64,000 nt of DNA from the human T2T-CHM13v2.0 reference genome, Homo sapiens. Every line of letters begins with the position of its first letter. The stretch's first letter is position 1. The translations under genes were made by a program, and so were the position numbers. Of this stretch, positions 39,541 through 53,190 are shown piece by piece. Under the pieces are notes generated by a model that saw nothing but the letters and a program-made list of their open reading frames with translations, was not told where the DNA came from and ran no database searches. The DNA lies in NCBI RefSeq assembly GCF_009914755.1, contig NC_060927.1; one strand, given 5' to 3'.

Positions 39541-41060
39541 AACAATAACAATAATGAGATTGAAGCTATAATAAAAAGTATCCCAACAAAGAAAAGTCCA
39601 TGACCTGATGGCTTTGCTGTTGGATTCTATTGAAGATTTAAAGAAGAAATAATACCAATCTTACTCAAGTTATTCTGAAAAATAGAAGAGGAGGCAATAC
39701 TTCTAAACTCATTCTATGAGGCCACCATTATCCTGATACCAAAACCAGACAAAGACACATCAAAAAAAGAAAACCACAGGTCACTATCCCTGATGAACAT
39801 TGGTGCAAAAATCCTCAACAAATAACTAGCAAACTGAATTCAACAACACATTAGAAAGAAAAGATCATTCATCATGAACAAGTAGGATTTATCTCAGGGA
39901 TGCAAGGATGGTCCAGTGTATGCAAATCCATCAGTATCATACATCACATCCACAGAATACAGGACAAAATCCATATGATCATTTTAATTGATGCTAAAAC
40001 AGTAATTGATAAAATTCGACTTCTTTCATAATAAGAACCCTAAAAGAACTAGGTATAGAGTGAACATATCTCAACACAATGAAAACCATTTATGACAGAC
40101 CCACAGCTGGTATCATATTGAATAGGGAAAAAGTGAAAGCCTTTCCTCTAAGATCTGGAACAAGACAATAATGTCCCCTTTCACCACTGTTATTCAACAC
40201 GGTACTGAAAGTCCTCACTAGAGCATTTGGATAAGAGAAAGATATTTAGGCCATGCTGAATGGAAAGGAAGAAGTCAAATGATCCTGTTTGCAGATGATA
40301 TGAACTTATATTCGGGAAAACCTAACTACTCCACCTGAAAACTATTATAACTGATAAACAATTCAGTAAAGTTGCAGAACACAAAGTCAACATACAAAAA
40401 TCAGTATCATTTCTATATGCTAAAAGAAAATAATCTGAAAAAAATCAAGAAAGTAATCTCATTTACAATAGCTACAAATAAAGTTAAATAACCTTGCATT
40501 TAACTTAATCAAATAAGTGAACAATCTCTATAATAAAAACTATAATGATGGAAGAAATGGAACAGGACAAAAAAAAAGGAAAGATATTCTATGTCAATGG
40601 GCTAGAAGAATCAATATTGCTAAAATATTCATACTACCCAAAGCAGGTTACGAGTCAAGACAATCCCTAGCAAAATAACAATGACATTCTTCGCAGAAAT
40701 AGAAAAATTAATCCTGAAATTTTTAAAGAACCAGAAAAGACCTGGAATAGTCAATACTATCCTGAGCAAAAAGTACAAAACTGGGGCCAGGCACAGTGGC
40801 TAATGCCTGTAATCCCAGTCCTTTGGGAGTCAAAGGCAGGAGGATTGCTTGAGGCTAGGAGTTCAAGAGCAGCCTAGGCAACAAAGTGATAACCCATCGC
40901 TACAAAATAAAAAATTAGTGGCAGGGGTGCATGCCTGTAATGCCAGCTACTTGTGAAGCTAAGGTGGGAGGATTTCTTGAGCTCAGGACTTTGAGGATTA
41001 CCATGAGCCATAATCATATCATTCCACTGCACCGCAGGCAACAGAGCAAGATCCTGTCTC

Positions 41061-41093
<33 letters not shown>

Positions 41094-42673
41094 TGTACAT
41101 AACTGGAGGGTTCATTAGATAACTTCACATTACACTACAAAGCTTTAGTAACCAAAATAGCATGGTACTACCATAGAAACAGACACATAGACCAATGGGA
41201 CAGAAAGGAGAACCCTGAAATAAATCCATGTATCTACAGTGAACTCATTTTTTACAAAGGTGCAAAGAATGTAGACTGAGGAAAGGACAGTTTCTTCAAT
41301 AAATAGTGCTGGGAAATCTGGATATCCATATATAGGAGGATAAAATTTAAACTCTATCTCTCCCCATTTACAAAAATCAAATAACGGGTAAGACTTAAAT
41401 TTGAGACCTCAAGCTATTAAAAAACTAAAAGAAAACACTGGGGAAATTCTCTATGACACATGTTGAGCAATGATTTCTTGAGTAATACCCTATGCAAAAA
41501 TGGACAAATGGGATCACATCAAATTAAAAAGCTTCTGCACAATGAAGAAAACAATCAGCAAGGGGAAAGATAACCCAGAGAATGGGAGAAAAATATTTGC
41601 ACACTACCCCTCTGACAAGGGATTAATACCCAGAACACATTAGGAGCTTAAACAATCCAATAGGAAAAAAATTTAATAATCTTATTTTAAAATTTATCTA
41701 AAGATAGCAATAGACATATCTCAAAATATGACATACAAATGGCAAAGAGTGTTTGAAGTAGTGCTCAACATCGTTGATGATCAGAGAAATGCAAATCAAA
41801 ACAACAATGAGTTATCATCTCATCCCAGTTAAATGGCTGTTGCCCAAAAAACAGGCAATAACAAATGCCATCAAGGATGTGGAGAAAAGGGGACCCCCTT
41901 ACACTGGTAGGGGGAATGGAAATTAGAATAACTATTATGGAAAACACTGGAAATTCTCAAAAAACTAACTATTGAAATACCATATGATTCAGCAATCACA
42001 AAGATTAAGTATGTACCTAAAAAAGGAAATCAGTATGTCAAAGATATATTGGCACTCACATGTTTATTGGAGCGCTATTCACAATAGCCAAGATTTGGAA
42101 GCAACCTAAATGTCCATTGACAGATGAATAGATTATAAAAATGAAGTACATATACACAATGCAGTACTATTGAGCCATAAAAAAGAATGAGATCTTGTCA
42201 TTTGCAACAACATAGATGGAACTGGAGACATTCTGTTAAGTGAAATAAGCCAGATACACAAAGGCAAACTTTGCATGTTCTCACTTATTTGTGAATGGTA
42301 AAAATTAAAACAGTTGAACACATAGAGACGGAGAGTAGAATGATGGATACCAGAGGCTAGGAAAGGCAGTGGTTTCAGGGAAGCGGGCATGGTTAATGGA
42401 TTAAAAAATGTAAATAGAATGAATATGAATTACTATTTGACAGCACAATAGGGTGATTACACTCAACAATAATTTATTGTATGTTTAAAATATCTATATG
42501 AGTACAATTGGATTGTTTGTAACATAAAATGAATAAATGCTGAGGTGATGTGTACTCAAGTTACCCTGATGTGATTATTATACGTTGTATGCCTACATCA
42601 AAATATTTCACGTATACCACAAATATGTATATATACCTACTATGTAGTCACAAAATTAACCAAAAAAAAAAAG
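39541..42673 (+). mobile_element. L1MA (about L1MA2-4), 3' ~2.8 kb
   Basis: RT region ('tttgcagatgatatg' = FADDM) through an L1MA-type 3' UTR 'taccctgatgtgattatta..tgtatgcct' and A tail. Confidence 0.9.
40785..41094 (+). mobile_element. AluJ inserted in the L1MA, with an A17(TA)n tail
   Basis: 'ggaggattgcttgagg' is J-type; TSD gtacaaaactgg / gtacataactgg. Confidence 0.92.
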
Positions 42674-42679
42674 AAAGTT

Positions 42680-44050
42680 TTCAGGACCACAGGCAAAGAC
42701 ATAAAATGTACTACAAATGTAAGAGAATCTGAATACATCAATTTACTTTAAAAATACAAAAAAGAAGGTAACATCATGGATAATTTTCAAGAAACAGGAA
42801 ATTAAAATAAAAACCAAAAAACTTAAGAAATGCAAACCAACTTGTCCTTGAAGTTTCAAGATTAAAGCAAAACAGTTTTTAATGTATTGGAACTCAGATA
42901 ATACTTGTAAAATCTTTCCAAGGAATCTTCTAAAGGATTAGCTTCAACCAACCAAAAAATGACGACAATACAATGTAAACAGACTAATGGGTAAGTATTT
43001 TATATATTTATTTCTAAAGCTAAGAGTAAAACAAGGGTAGGTCCATATATTGAAAAATAGTCAACATTGTTTTGATGAAGAAATAATGCACCTAATAAGA
43101 TGGAAGCAGGAAAAAAAGAGGAAGTAGAAAAATATAAATTGACTATAGTATAGGAGAACAGACTGGATTCAAAGGATACGATTTAAAATTGATGGAAAGT
43201 AAAATGTTAAATAAGAAAAAGGGAGTTTAAAGGTCTCCAAAAAGCATTAATACACAAAAACTACCAGAATCGAAAGGCAAACTTTCCTAAAAACCCAGAG
43301 AAATTAGAGGCATAAAAACAAAGATAATCAAAGAAAAAGAAACACAGTAAATATAAAATAATATAAACAGTAATTAGAACATAATATAGCAGAGTTGAGA
43401 TCAAACATGAGAATAATAACAAATAGAAATGGGCCTATTTAAAAGAAAAGGTTTTAAAATTGGCTCTTAAAACGACATCTAATTCTATGCTGTTTTCAAG
43501 AGACACATTAAAATACATTGATTCGTATAGATGAAAAATAAGAAAATCCATAAAGATTTACCAGAAAAATGAAACAAAAAGAAAACAGAATTTGCAATTC
43601 TGATATCAAAGTAGACTTCAACCTAAAGAGCACTAAATGAAACAGAAAAGTCATACTTTATAATGTTAAAAGCCACCTTCTAAAATGCAGATAGCTGTTG
43701 AGCCTATCATTTGGCAAACAAATAATAAATAAATATCTATATTAAACAAAAACTAGGGAAGATGCAATAATAATTAAGAACATGCTGATAACAGAAGACA
43801 ACACTTCATTCTCACATGAGACAGGCAAGTGAACAAAACTAATTTGGGATGTAAAATCTTTAAAAGACATAAAGTATATGTTTTGAATATATATAGAACA
43901 CTATGCTCTGATAATACAGAATGTACCTGCTTCCAAGCACTCATGGAACTTTCATGAAAATGGATCATGTACTAGACACAAGGAAAATATGAGTTTTCAC
44001 AGAACAGAAATATTATGAACAATATTCAATTATCACAATAAAAAGATTAT
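42680..44050 (+). mobile_element. Ancient L1M inter-ORF / endonuclease fragment
   Basis: 'aaatggg..attctatgctgttttcaagagacaca', 'tatagaacact..caagcactcatggaac' are ORF2 endonuclease motifs. Confidence 0.7.
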
Positions 44051-45045
44051 AATTAAAAAGTAAACTATCATATTTAATAATACAATATTAATAATTGTTT
44101 AATAACTCTATAATTAATATATAAAATACTTACCCATCCATCTATTTATATTGTTCTTTCAGTCACCTTTTGATTGCTTGAAGCTCATCTTTTAGTAGGT
44201 ACCTTGGAAACAATAGCTTCCTTTATAAATCAATTTTTAATAAATCATCTTCTTTTATTGCTTATCAAGACAATTGGTTTTGATGCACATTAGTATATTT
44301 AAAAATATTCTCAGTTACTTCTACACACTTATGTATGAGACAACAAAATAAGAGTAATCATTAAATAAAAAATCTAGTAGCAGTAATATGACAAATATTG
44401 TGAGATTAATTGATGCATTGGATCAAAATATCTTATATATTTTTATGAAAATAATATAGAATTGTAAGATAATAATTATACAAATTATTCCAATATAATA
44501 TGTTATGAGGTAAGGACTTTATGGTGAAAAATAACCCTGGTTTAAATCTTAGTTATCTCATAACAAACCACATTTGAAATGTGGTTTCAAAATAAGAGAC
44601 TCATTTTCTACACTCATAGAAGTAAAGTTTCTATCCTGGTCTTTTGCTTAGTACATGGTGCAAATGGCATTGAATACTGTTGTGATAGTTTTCTAAATAT
44701 AATGAGCTAACATACACCCAAAAATACCATGGTACCAAACCGGTGTAGTCAGAAATAGAACACTTTATGAAGGTGATAGACTGTGGCATGCAGAGTTCTT
44801 CAGTGTAGAAAACATAAATAACCCTAGCTAGATTAAGTAGCAGGAACTTATTTCCAGGTATTAGTAACATATGTTTGTAAAGGGTGGTACAAGATTATAA
44901 CTGGAACTTCTTAGGAATATTCTCAGAATTATTGCAGAACTAACCGGAAAAGCAGCAATTGCTACCACTGACACAAAATCTACCCTTTACCTTTCCCAAA
45001 AAATGGAGCCATCCATTTTCAGCTGCATATGGATGTGTCTTTTTA

Positions 45046-45171
45046 TTGACAAAACCTGTCTGTTTCTGTGTCCTGGCAGCATAAGAATTCTGAGAAGTGT
45101 CAGTTTGGGCAACTCCAAACTCACACTTTCCAGAATTCTTATGCTGCCAGGACACAGAAAGGCTTTGTCAA
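45046..45171. repeat. Long inverted repeat / hairpin
   Basis: 45063-45092 is the exact reverse complement of 45131-45160; the stem extends inward to a 6-nt loop and outward past a bulge. Confidence 0.95.
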
Positions 45172-46104
45172 AGTGTGACTTTGGAGTGAGTTTGCGTGAA
45201 AGCATGTTGAAAATGTGGTATCTCCACACTGTGGAACATGATCAGAATATAGAAATGGTAGTCAAAACTTTTGGGACTGTTACAAATAACAGTAGTCAAC
45301 TACAGAGGGAAACACTATCCTTGCTAGTTGAAATTCTGCCCTAGAGCAATGATGCCCTATATTGCAAGGAAAACATCTGTTCAGTTTGATGGGCATAAAT
45401 CATATTGTTAAGGCAGTCCAATCAGTTTAATGCCATTACAGTTTTGAATTATATAATTGATTGTTGTGAATTTCTGCAGGCCATGCAATCATTTAATAAT
45501 TTGACTTTCCAAATACTTTTCCTTGAGCAAAGAATGTTCATGTCAACTTAAAACTTTCGTGTAACTTACATTATTGATCTAAATCAATATCTTGGTACTT
45601 TGGTTTACACACGCCAGTCTTTCAGTTTCTATTAAGTTCAGATAGCATCATTAGTCTCATCAACTCTATGGTCCTGAGAATGTTTCTGGAGTATTAAATC
45701 ATTAGGAAAATCCTATCCTTTGAGTTACTTCATTAGAAAGTTATTGATCTTGTTTGATGATGAATTGTTACTTCTCTGAAAGTTTGAAAGTCCTACCATC
45801 TCAACAAATTAGACTGCTTTTGTTATTTGCATCAGTTAATTAGGCAGTTTTGTTATTTGCATCAACATTTTGTCTTGGTGCATTTTTTGCATTGTTTAAT
45901 TTTTATTTTATAATTTTATGTATATTATCCATGTTGAATTTTTTAAAAATTACAACAGCAAGACATTTATTTTAGAAACACTACTGATGTCCTATTGCAC
46001 GAAAAATTCTATAAAACTAATTATGTTACTTAACCAAACTTCCCTAAGTTATTTGTAGGTGTTTGAGTAATTTAAAACTTAGTTAAAAGTAAAAATGCTA
46101 ATTG

Positions 46105-46514
46105 TTTTTACAATTTCAGCTTTTATCATAGATTAAAGGGTACACAAACAGGTTTGTTACATGGGTATACTGCATGATGCTGAAGCTTGGGCCACCAGGC
46201 AGTAAACACCGTACCCAACAGGTGTTCTCAGCCCACACTGCCTTCCCATCCTCTCTTATCTATTGGTCCCCAGTGTCTATGCTTGGGGTCCCAACGATCC
46301 CATCACCCGGACAGTAAGCACAGTACCCAATAGGCTGTTCTCAGCCCACACTCCCTTCCCATCCTCTCTTATCTAGTGGTCCCCAGGGTCTATTGCTTTC
46401 ATCTTTACATTAATGTGTATACAGGGTTTAGCTCCCACTTTAAGTGAGAATATGCTATATTTGGTTTTCTGTTCTTGCATTAGTTTACTTAGGATAATGG
46501 TCTCCAGACTGCAT
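46105..46514 (-). mobile_element. L1PA15/16-like 3' end with an internal tandem duplication
   Basis: 'caggtttgttacatgggtatactgcatgatgctga..tttagctcccact..gtgagaa..ttaggataatgg'. Confidence 0.85.
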
Positions 46515-49500
46515 AGGGCATGATGAGGTTTCTTATTTAAAGTATAATGAATAAATCCAAAGATTTATATAAAAATAATCTAATTCTGGCCTTAATATTT
46601 TGAGCCCCCTCATAAGAATGTTATTAAACATTCCTAATCATTCCCTTCATAGTTACTTCATCTTTCTGCCATGGTTTACACTCCAGGAATTGCTGGAATT
46701 GCTGCTATTTATATCTTTCCTGACCTTTAGAACCACTACAGTCAAACAAAAATATTGTATCAAAATCATAAATGAGAAGAAAGTCAATACTATTGGCTCC
46801 AACTATAGGAAAAATTTCAGTTTGTTCACACGCACACACACACACACATACATACACACACACATTTATATGCAGATAATGAGCCCTAAGGATAGTTGAA
46901 CTAAAGCCATTTCATTTAAGACAATTCTGCTTTCCCAGATGACATGCTAATGAACCAAGTAAGCAGTTCTAAGTCATTGATATCACATTATTCAGCACAC
47001 AATTTCCAAAAACAAGTTAATGAACCAGTTTTTGAAAATCATTTAGAAGAGACACAGTTTGACACATACCAATGAAGCCAGTTCATTTGCTTGCTAAAAT
47101 AGACTGTATCTTGGGTCCTTTCTAAACTAAAGCTAGCTTGACTTTGGCTGTCATCAGAAATAGTATAAAAATAAAAATGAATAAGTGCATTCCTAGGCCA
47201 TTGAGAGGACTGTTTTTTTCTATTAACGTAATAAACTATATTCAAATGACCACTTATATCACCATAAGAACTAAATGCCTGATGAAAAAGTTGAAACAAA
47301 GCCTGTGTCCCTCATTTACTTAAGTGTCCTGGAAGTAATTCAAAGACCCTCTATAAGAAGAAAATGGCTTTCCTCATTCTGAGGTATTGGTATATCATTT
47401 GTTTTTACTGTGTTTGTGTGCATCCTTCCCTGTTTCTGGTGGTTTCTGTTTATGTGGAGACAAAAGAAGCTGGAATATTTTAGTCTACTGTTTCTCATAC
47501 ACATTCTCTAAGGCAAATACTATGTGAATTTTGTTGCGCTTATCGGTGCTTCAACTGAGAGTTTCTACGAAAACACTTTTAGAAAAATCCAGGAGGAAAT
47601 ATTCCCTGCATATATAAAACACTTTTTCTATCGTCCATCATTACATCTCCTCTCTCCTAAACACTTTCATGCTTCCTTACTGTGACTGTCTCTAACCATT
47701 TTTGGTAATCCAAGAATTTATCACAAAAAAGATTCAATTTCTGAAAACACAAATATTGCAACCTCTAACCAGAAGCTCTTTCCTTTTAATTTTCTCAATG
47801 ATTTTACTTACATTTTACCCATTGTTAATCTAATCTAGACAAAACCATTTATAGATATCTGCTCCATTGCTGTCACATAGCTTTCAGTCTATTGAGAGAC
47901 ATTGAATAATAAACAATTCTATTACAATATGATTCAGTGCTGTGATAAGCCAGCATTTTCTCAGGTCTTGTGGTTTTTATTTACTTAATACCTCCCAAAT
48001 GCATCCACCAATTTTCTCTCTTTACTATATGTTTTTAAAAAATCACAGCCATCTTTTACCTGGATGATTCTGACAGTTCCTCAGTGAACCTTCTTGACTT
48101 ATAGATATGTGTTCAATCCATTTCTCATGGAGCTGCCAGAATAATCTATTTAATAGAAGCATCTTTTACTCCTTCCTTAAAATATTTCCTTGTGGTCATC
48201 CCGTTAATACTGAAGTGAGGAACTAATTTTTTTACATGATTTGCTAGACCCATGGGACATTTCTTCTACTGTCCTATCTCTTTATCCTCACCTTATTTCC
48301 TGCCCCCTAGTTGTAATACGTAATCTACAGTCTAGCCATGCTGCATTGTTTTGGACGAATTATGTTTCATACTTAGCAACAATGCACATACCATTTCTCT
48401 GATTGAAACACACTTCCCATAATCAGCTTCCCCAACTTCTAGTTAACTTCTCTTTTCTTTGGCCTCAGAATTTTCATGCACTCGTGGGAAGAATAGTGTT
48501 TCATTGTGTTTACTGTATTTTTCAGCCAGGTTGGAGTCCAGGATCATACATAAGCTAAATTCTGCATAGATTTATGTCTTTAAATAGAAAGTCCTATGAA
48601 TTAATAATTAATGTCCATGCCTTTAAATAAAAAGTGCTTGGATGTGGGATCCCTCTGAAAGAAATACCCCAGCCTTACTTTTTTTTATTTTATTGGATAA
48701 TAATTACGTTTCTGGCTCTAGCAATATCCAAGATATCTTTCTTTTGAAATCTCTTCAAAAGCAACTAAACCTAGGTTTATTTCTTTTTCTCTTTCACAGC
48801 TATTTTCGCTGATTGTTAAGAGACATTAAGTTCACTATCTAAATTTGTAATTTCTGTTGTTTTTACTTCCAGTGTCAAACTAAACTGTACAAACTAAGTT
48901 GTGGATTCATGTAGCTAGCCCATGCTAAATATCTGCCATCTACAACATGGGCCTCTATTTATTCTGGATGCCTTAATCACATAAGCATCATCCTTGGATT
49001 TAAATTTCAGATTGCTAGACTGTCACTACCATTCATAGAGGTAGAGTTTAATAAAAAAAACATGAGAAAGTAACAGGAGTCTTAATTATGAAAGGGGCAT
49101 GCCTTCTCTTTGGATTCAGTAAAGAAAAAAATGTATTGAAGTTATTACAAACCAAAGACTAAAATAGGAATTTGAAACATGTGTGCACAGTAGAGTCTCT
49201 TTCTAGAAATTGGATTTTCTTATGAAGTCAAATAATAATGGAATTTGATTTAAAAACATGTTTATTTAGTTTTACCTTCAAAATAGGAGCAGTGTGAAGC
49301 AGCATGGGCATAAAACAATTGTAAAGCAAAATATGCTGGTTAAACCGAGGAAGAGAGAGAATTCCTTAGCACAACATTTAAGATCTTAGAGAACAGAGTA
49401 GGTAGACATGAAAGAGAAAAATAAATGAACCTGGGTCTAGTTGCTTTTGAAAATATTAAAAAAAAAGATGTCCTAGGTATTACTAGAGCCAAGAGTGTAA

Positions 49501-50449
49501 TTATTACCCAAAGAAAAATGTAAAAAGTCAGGCTGAAGTGATTCTTTTAGAGGTATCCCAGATCCAAAAAAGCATGTGGAGTCATATTGTTAAGGTGTGT
49601 ACAGTGAGAGCTATTGGTGAACAAGCTCTTGAAGACTGAGACAGCCTTGCAAAGTGGTTACATAAAAGACAGACTGATTTAAGAGGCAAACAAATGGGAA
49701 TATCAGAACAAGTGTTAAAATATTTTTTGAAGTGTTTCACATGACACAGTAACTGTGGTTGTTAATACAGATACTGCCTGTGTCCTGAGGAAATGCACAA
49801 TATAAATTTTGAAAATAGAAATTTAAAGGATGTGATATGTACTAAATACAGGACATAAAATATGCTGAAATTGATCTTGGCAGTACTATGATACATTGAA
49901 TGCTGTATTAGATTAGTTATTAGTCTAATTGAAAAATGCCCCCTGTATGCTATTGTGCAGCTCAGAGAAGTAAAGAAAGGCAAGATTATCTTTAAACAGC
50001 AGATAATTGTTCACTTGCAAGCAAATGAATTCATACTTATTACTGAGTTCACTCATAAGAAAAAAAATGTAAAGAATATGCCATCAAATAGACGTTTGAG
50101 CCTGAAAGCAAAAGCTAAGTTAAAGGAGAGCAGGAAGTGCTGGTACCCAAGCAAGAGGCCAACGTAACCAGGTTACATGGAAAAAATGCAGATGATTGCC
50201 TTCTCAAAAGGAATACATCAGAGGAAAATAACACCCAAGTTACATATCTCACAACTGCAGAGGATATAGTGGAAGAATGATTAGCATACTTCTAGTGAAG
50301 ATGAGCAAGTAACTTGTTTCAAGACTGTTCTTTCTCCCAAAAACATGGCCATGGTATATGAAATACAAAATGATAAAACAAGAAGATATCCAGATCAAAA
50401 ATGATATACTCCTCTGTAATAGTTTATACTGCCATCAGCAGTAGATTAA

Positions 50450-50920
50450 CCTATTAGTACTAACTTAATTTCTTAAAACAACACAAACTTATTGCATTAA
50501 TTTCTGTAGGTTTAAAAATCCAACACAAGTCTCACTGGATTAAAAATCAAGGTGGCAGGAGGGCTATATGTCTTTCTGGATATTCTAGGGAATAATCCAT
50601 TTCTGAGCCTTTTCCAATTTCTAGAGGCTGGCTGTATTTCTTGGCTCATAATCACCTCTTCTATCTTCAAATCCAGCAACAGTGAGTGCAGTCCTTTTCA
50701 CAACACATCAATTTGATCTTCTCTTCTCTTCCTTCTTACACTTTTAGGATTCTTAGAATTACATGGGCCCCACCCAGAAGAGGCAGCATAACTTCCTTAT
50801 TGTAAAGTCAGCTGATTGGCAACTCTAACTCCCCCTTGACATGTATTATAACATATCAGCAAGTTCTAGGGATTAAGATTTAGACATCTTGGGGGAAGGG
50901 TGCTATTTTGTCTTCCAAAA
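50450..50920 (-). mobile_element. MLT1D-like LTR
   Basis: 'ttaaaacaacacaaa..aaaatcaaggtggcagg..ttctagaggctg..tcttcaaatccagcaa..gttctagggattaaga'. Confidence 0.8.
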
Positions 50921-52022
50921 TAGACGCTTCTGTGTAATAGCAGTGGAACAAAGGATAAGCAAGGTTAATATGGGCATGAAGGCAGTGGCAATCAGGGAAT
51001 CTGGCTTTTGAGATATATTATATTAGGTGTTATGCTATTCTATTGGACACATTATAAAATATCTGTAATAAAATAATACAATGAGTAGTGCTAGGACATT
51101 TGGATTTTGTCCATAAGGAACGAGATAAAATTAGATTCATTCTTTACCATATGCCAGGAAAAATTTTCAAAATTTATAAGTAAAATATAAATCATAGCAT
51201 ATTAAAGAAAAAGATAGATGTGGGGCAGACTTTCTAGCCATGATGTAAAATGCACACAGAGAAAATATATTGGTAACTTATAAAAATTAAGGTAAAAGAA
51301 ATTTTTGTGAACTAGCCTTACAAAAGTGAGAGCAGGGCTTTCCTTATAGATTGCTAATTTCCTCCAGGGGCAATGACTTTCCTGGATAATTAGAGAAGTA
51401 AAGGCTAAATCTAATTAGCAAAAGCAAAATACACACACAAAATAAAAATAAAATAAAAATAAAGGAAATGTTAGAAAATAACTTACATTCCTCTGGTCTC
51501 CTTTCAATCAGAGTCATCAGGTAGAGTCACAGTCCCTCTCCTTCTCCTATCCCAGGAAATCTAACATGCCTTGAATCTTGACATTTTAAAATTGGTTGGC
51601 ACTAACCCATCAAAATACTAAAGGTAAAAATTCTTAATTTATTTCAGCTATATTAGTTACAAATATCATCTCCTAACTGTCTTACCTTTTTACAATCCTC
51701 AATGTCTCTTTTGGTAAAATGTCTAATTTAAAGCTTATTGTCTCAATCTTTTTCTTTACATTGAATATTTTTGCATATCGCTTAACAAGTCCTTCTCTAC
51801 TCTTAGGTCATGAGGATATGCTTCTATGTTTTCTTTTCAAAATTTAATAATGTTGTTTTTCACATTTTGCTTTCAATTCAGTTTGATAAAAAGAAAGTAG
51901 AATAAGCACTACCACAAACAGGATTATTCAAATAGCCAACAAACATACAAAATGGTATTCAACTTCCTTACTAATTGGATAGATAAATAAACAAATAAAA
52001 TTAAAATAATATGCCTGGCTAA

Positions 52023-52284
52023 TTTTTTTTTTTTTTTTTGAGACAGAGTCTCACTCTGTTGCCCAGGCTAGAGTGTGGTGGCACAGTCCTGATTCACTGC
52101 AACCTCCACCTGCCAAGTTCAAGTGGTTCTGGTGACTCAGCCTGTTGAGTAGCTGGGATTACAGGTGTGCAACACCATGCCTGGCTAATTTGTTTTGGTA
52201 TTTTTAGTAGAGATGGGGTTTCATTATGTTGGTCATGCTGGTCTCCAACTTCCGGACTACCTAGGCCTCCCAAAGTGCTGGGAT
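52023..52284 (-). mobile_element. Alu (copy A of a tandem pair)
   Basis: Antisense Alu lacking its 5'-most ~25 nt; shares private variants with the adjacent copy. Confidence 0.92.
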
Positions 52285-52316
52285 TTTTTATTTTTATTAT
52301 TGATTGATTGATTGAT

Positions 52317-52620
52317 TTTTTTTTTTTTTTTTTGAGACAGAATCTCACTCTATTGCCCAGGCTAGAGTGCAGTGGCACAGTCCTGGTTCACTGCAACCTC
52401 CACCTACCAGGTTCAAGTTATTCTGGTGACTCAGCCTGTTAAGTAGCTGGGATTACAGATGTGCAGCACCATGCCTGGCTAATTTGTTTTGGTATTTTTA
52501 GCAGAGATGGGGTTTCATTATGTTGGCCATGCTGGTCTTGAACTTCCAGCCCACCTAGGCCTAGGGTCACCTACACCTCCCAAAGTGCTGGGATCACAGG
52601 TGTGAGCCACCATGCCCAGC
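52317..52620 (-). mobile_element. Alu (copy B of a tandem pair)
   Basis: Antisense Alu; cctggctaa flanks the whole pair as a TSD-like repeat. Confidence 0.92.
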
Positions 52621-52793
52621 ATACCCTGGCTAAAATTTTTAATGTTTGACAGTTTCAAATACTGGTGACGACATGAAGCATGAGAAATTTAAGCACCGAT
52701 TTGGGGAGTGTCTGTCAGGGATACTTGCACCAGCATGTAACCGGTACAAGCTTTTAGAAAAAAACAGCCATTATTTAATAAGTTGAAGATATA

Positions 52794-53190
52794 CAAACAT
52801 ACTTTGTTTTATTGCACTTTGCTTTTTCACACTTTGCAGATAATGCATTTTTCACAAATTGATCATTTATAGTGATCCTGCATTCAGCAACTGTATTAGG
52901 AACATTTTCCAAAAGCAGGTGCTCACCTTGTGTCTGTGCCACATTTTGCAATTGCTGCAATATTTCAAACTTTACATTATTAATATATCCACATTATTAA
53001 TTAATGTGTCCACATACATTATTATATTAATATATCCACATACATTATTAATATATCCACAGTGCTTTCTGATTAGTGACCTTCGATATTACTATTGTAA
53101 TTATTTTGGGATGACACAAGCTGTTACTATATAGGATGGCAAACTTATTCAACAAATGTGTGTATTCAGATGAATCCACTGACCAGACCT
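52794..53190 (+). mobile_element. Tigger1 5' fragment
   Basis: TA followed by 'caaacatactttgttttattgcactttgc..gcagata'; 'aatatttcaaacttt'. Confidence 0.85.

Noticed and set aside
44940-45344. Similar ORFs on opposite strands (FLCPGSIRIL)
   Set aside because: A direct consequence of the DNA palindrome, not evidence of coding.
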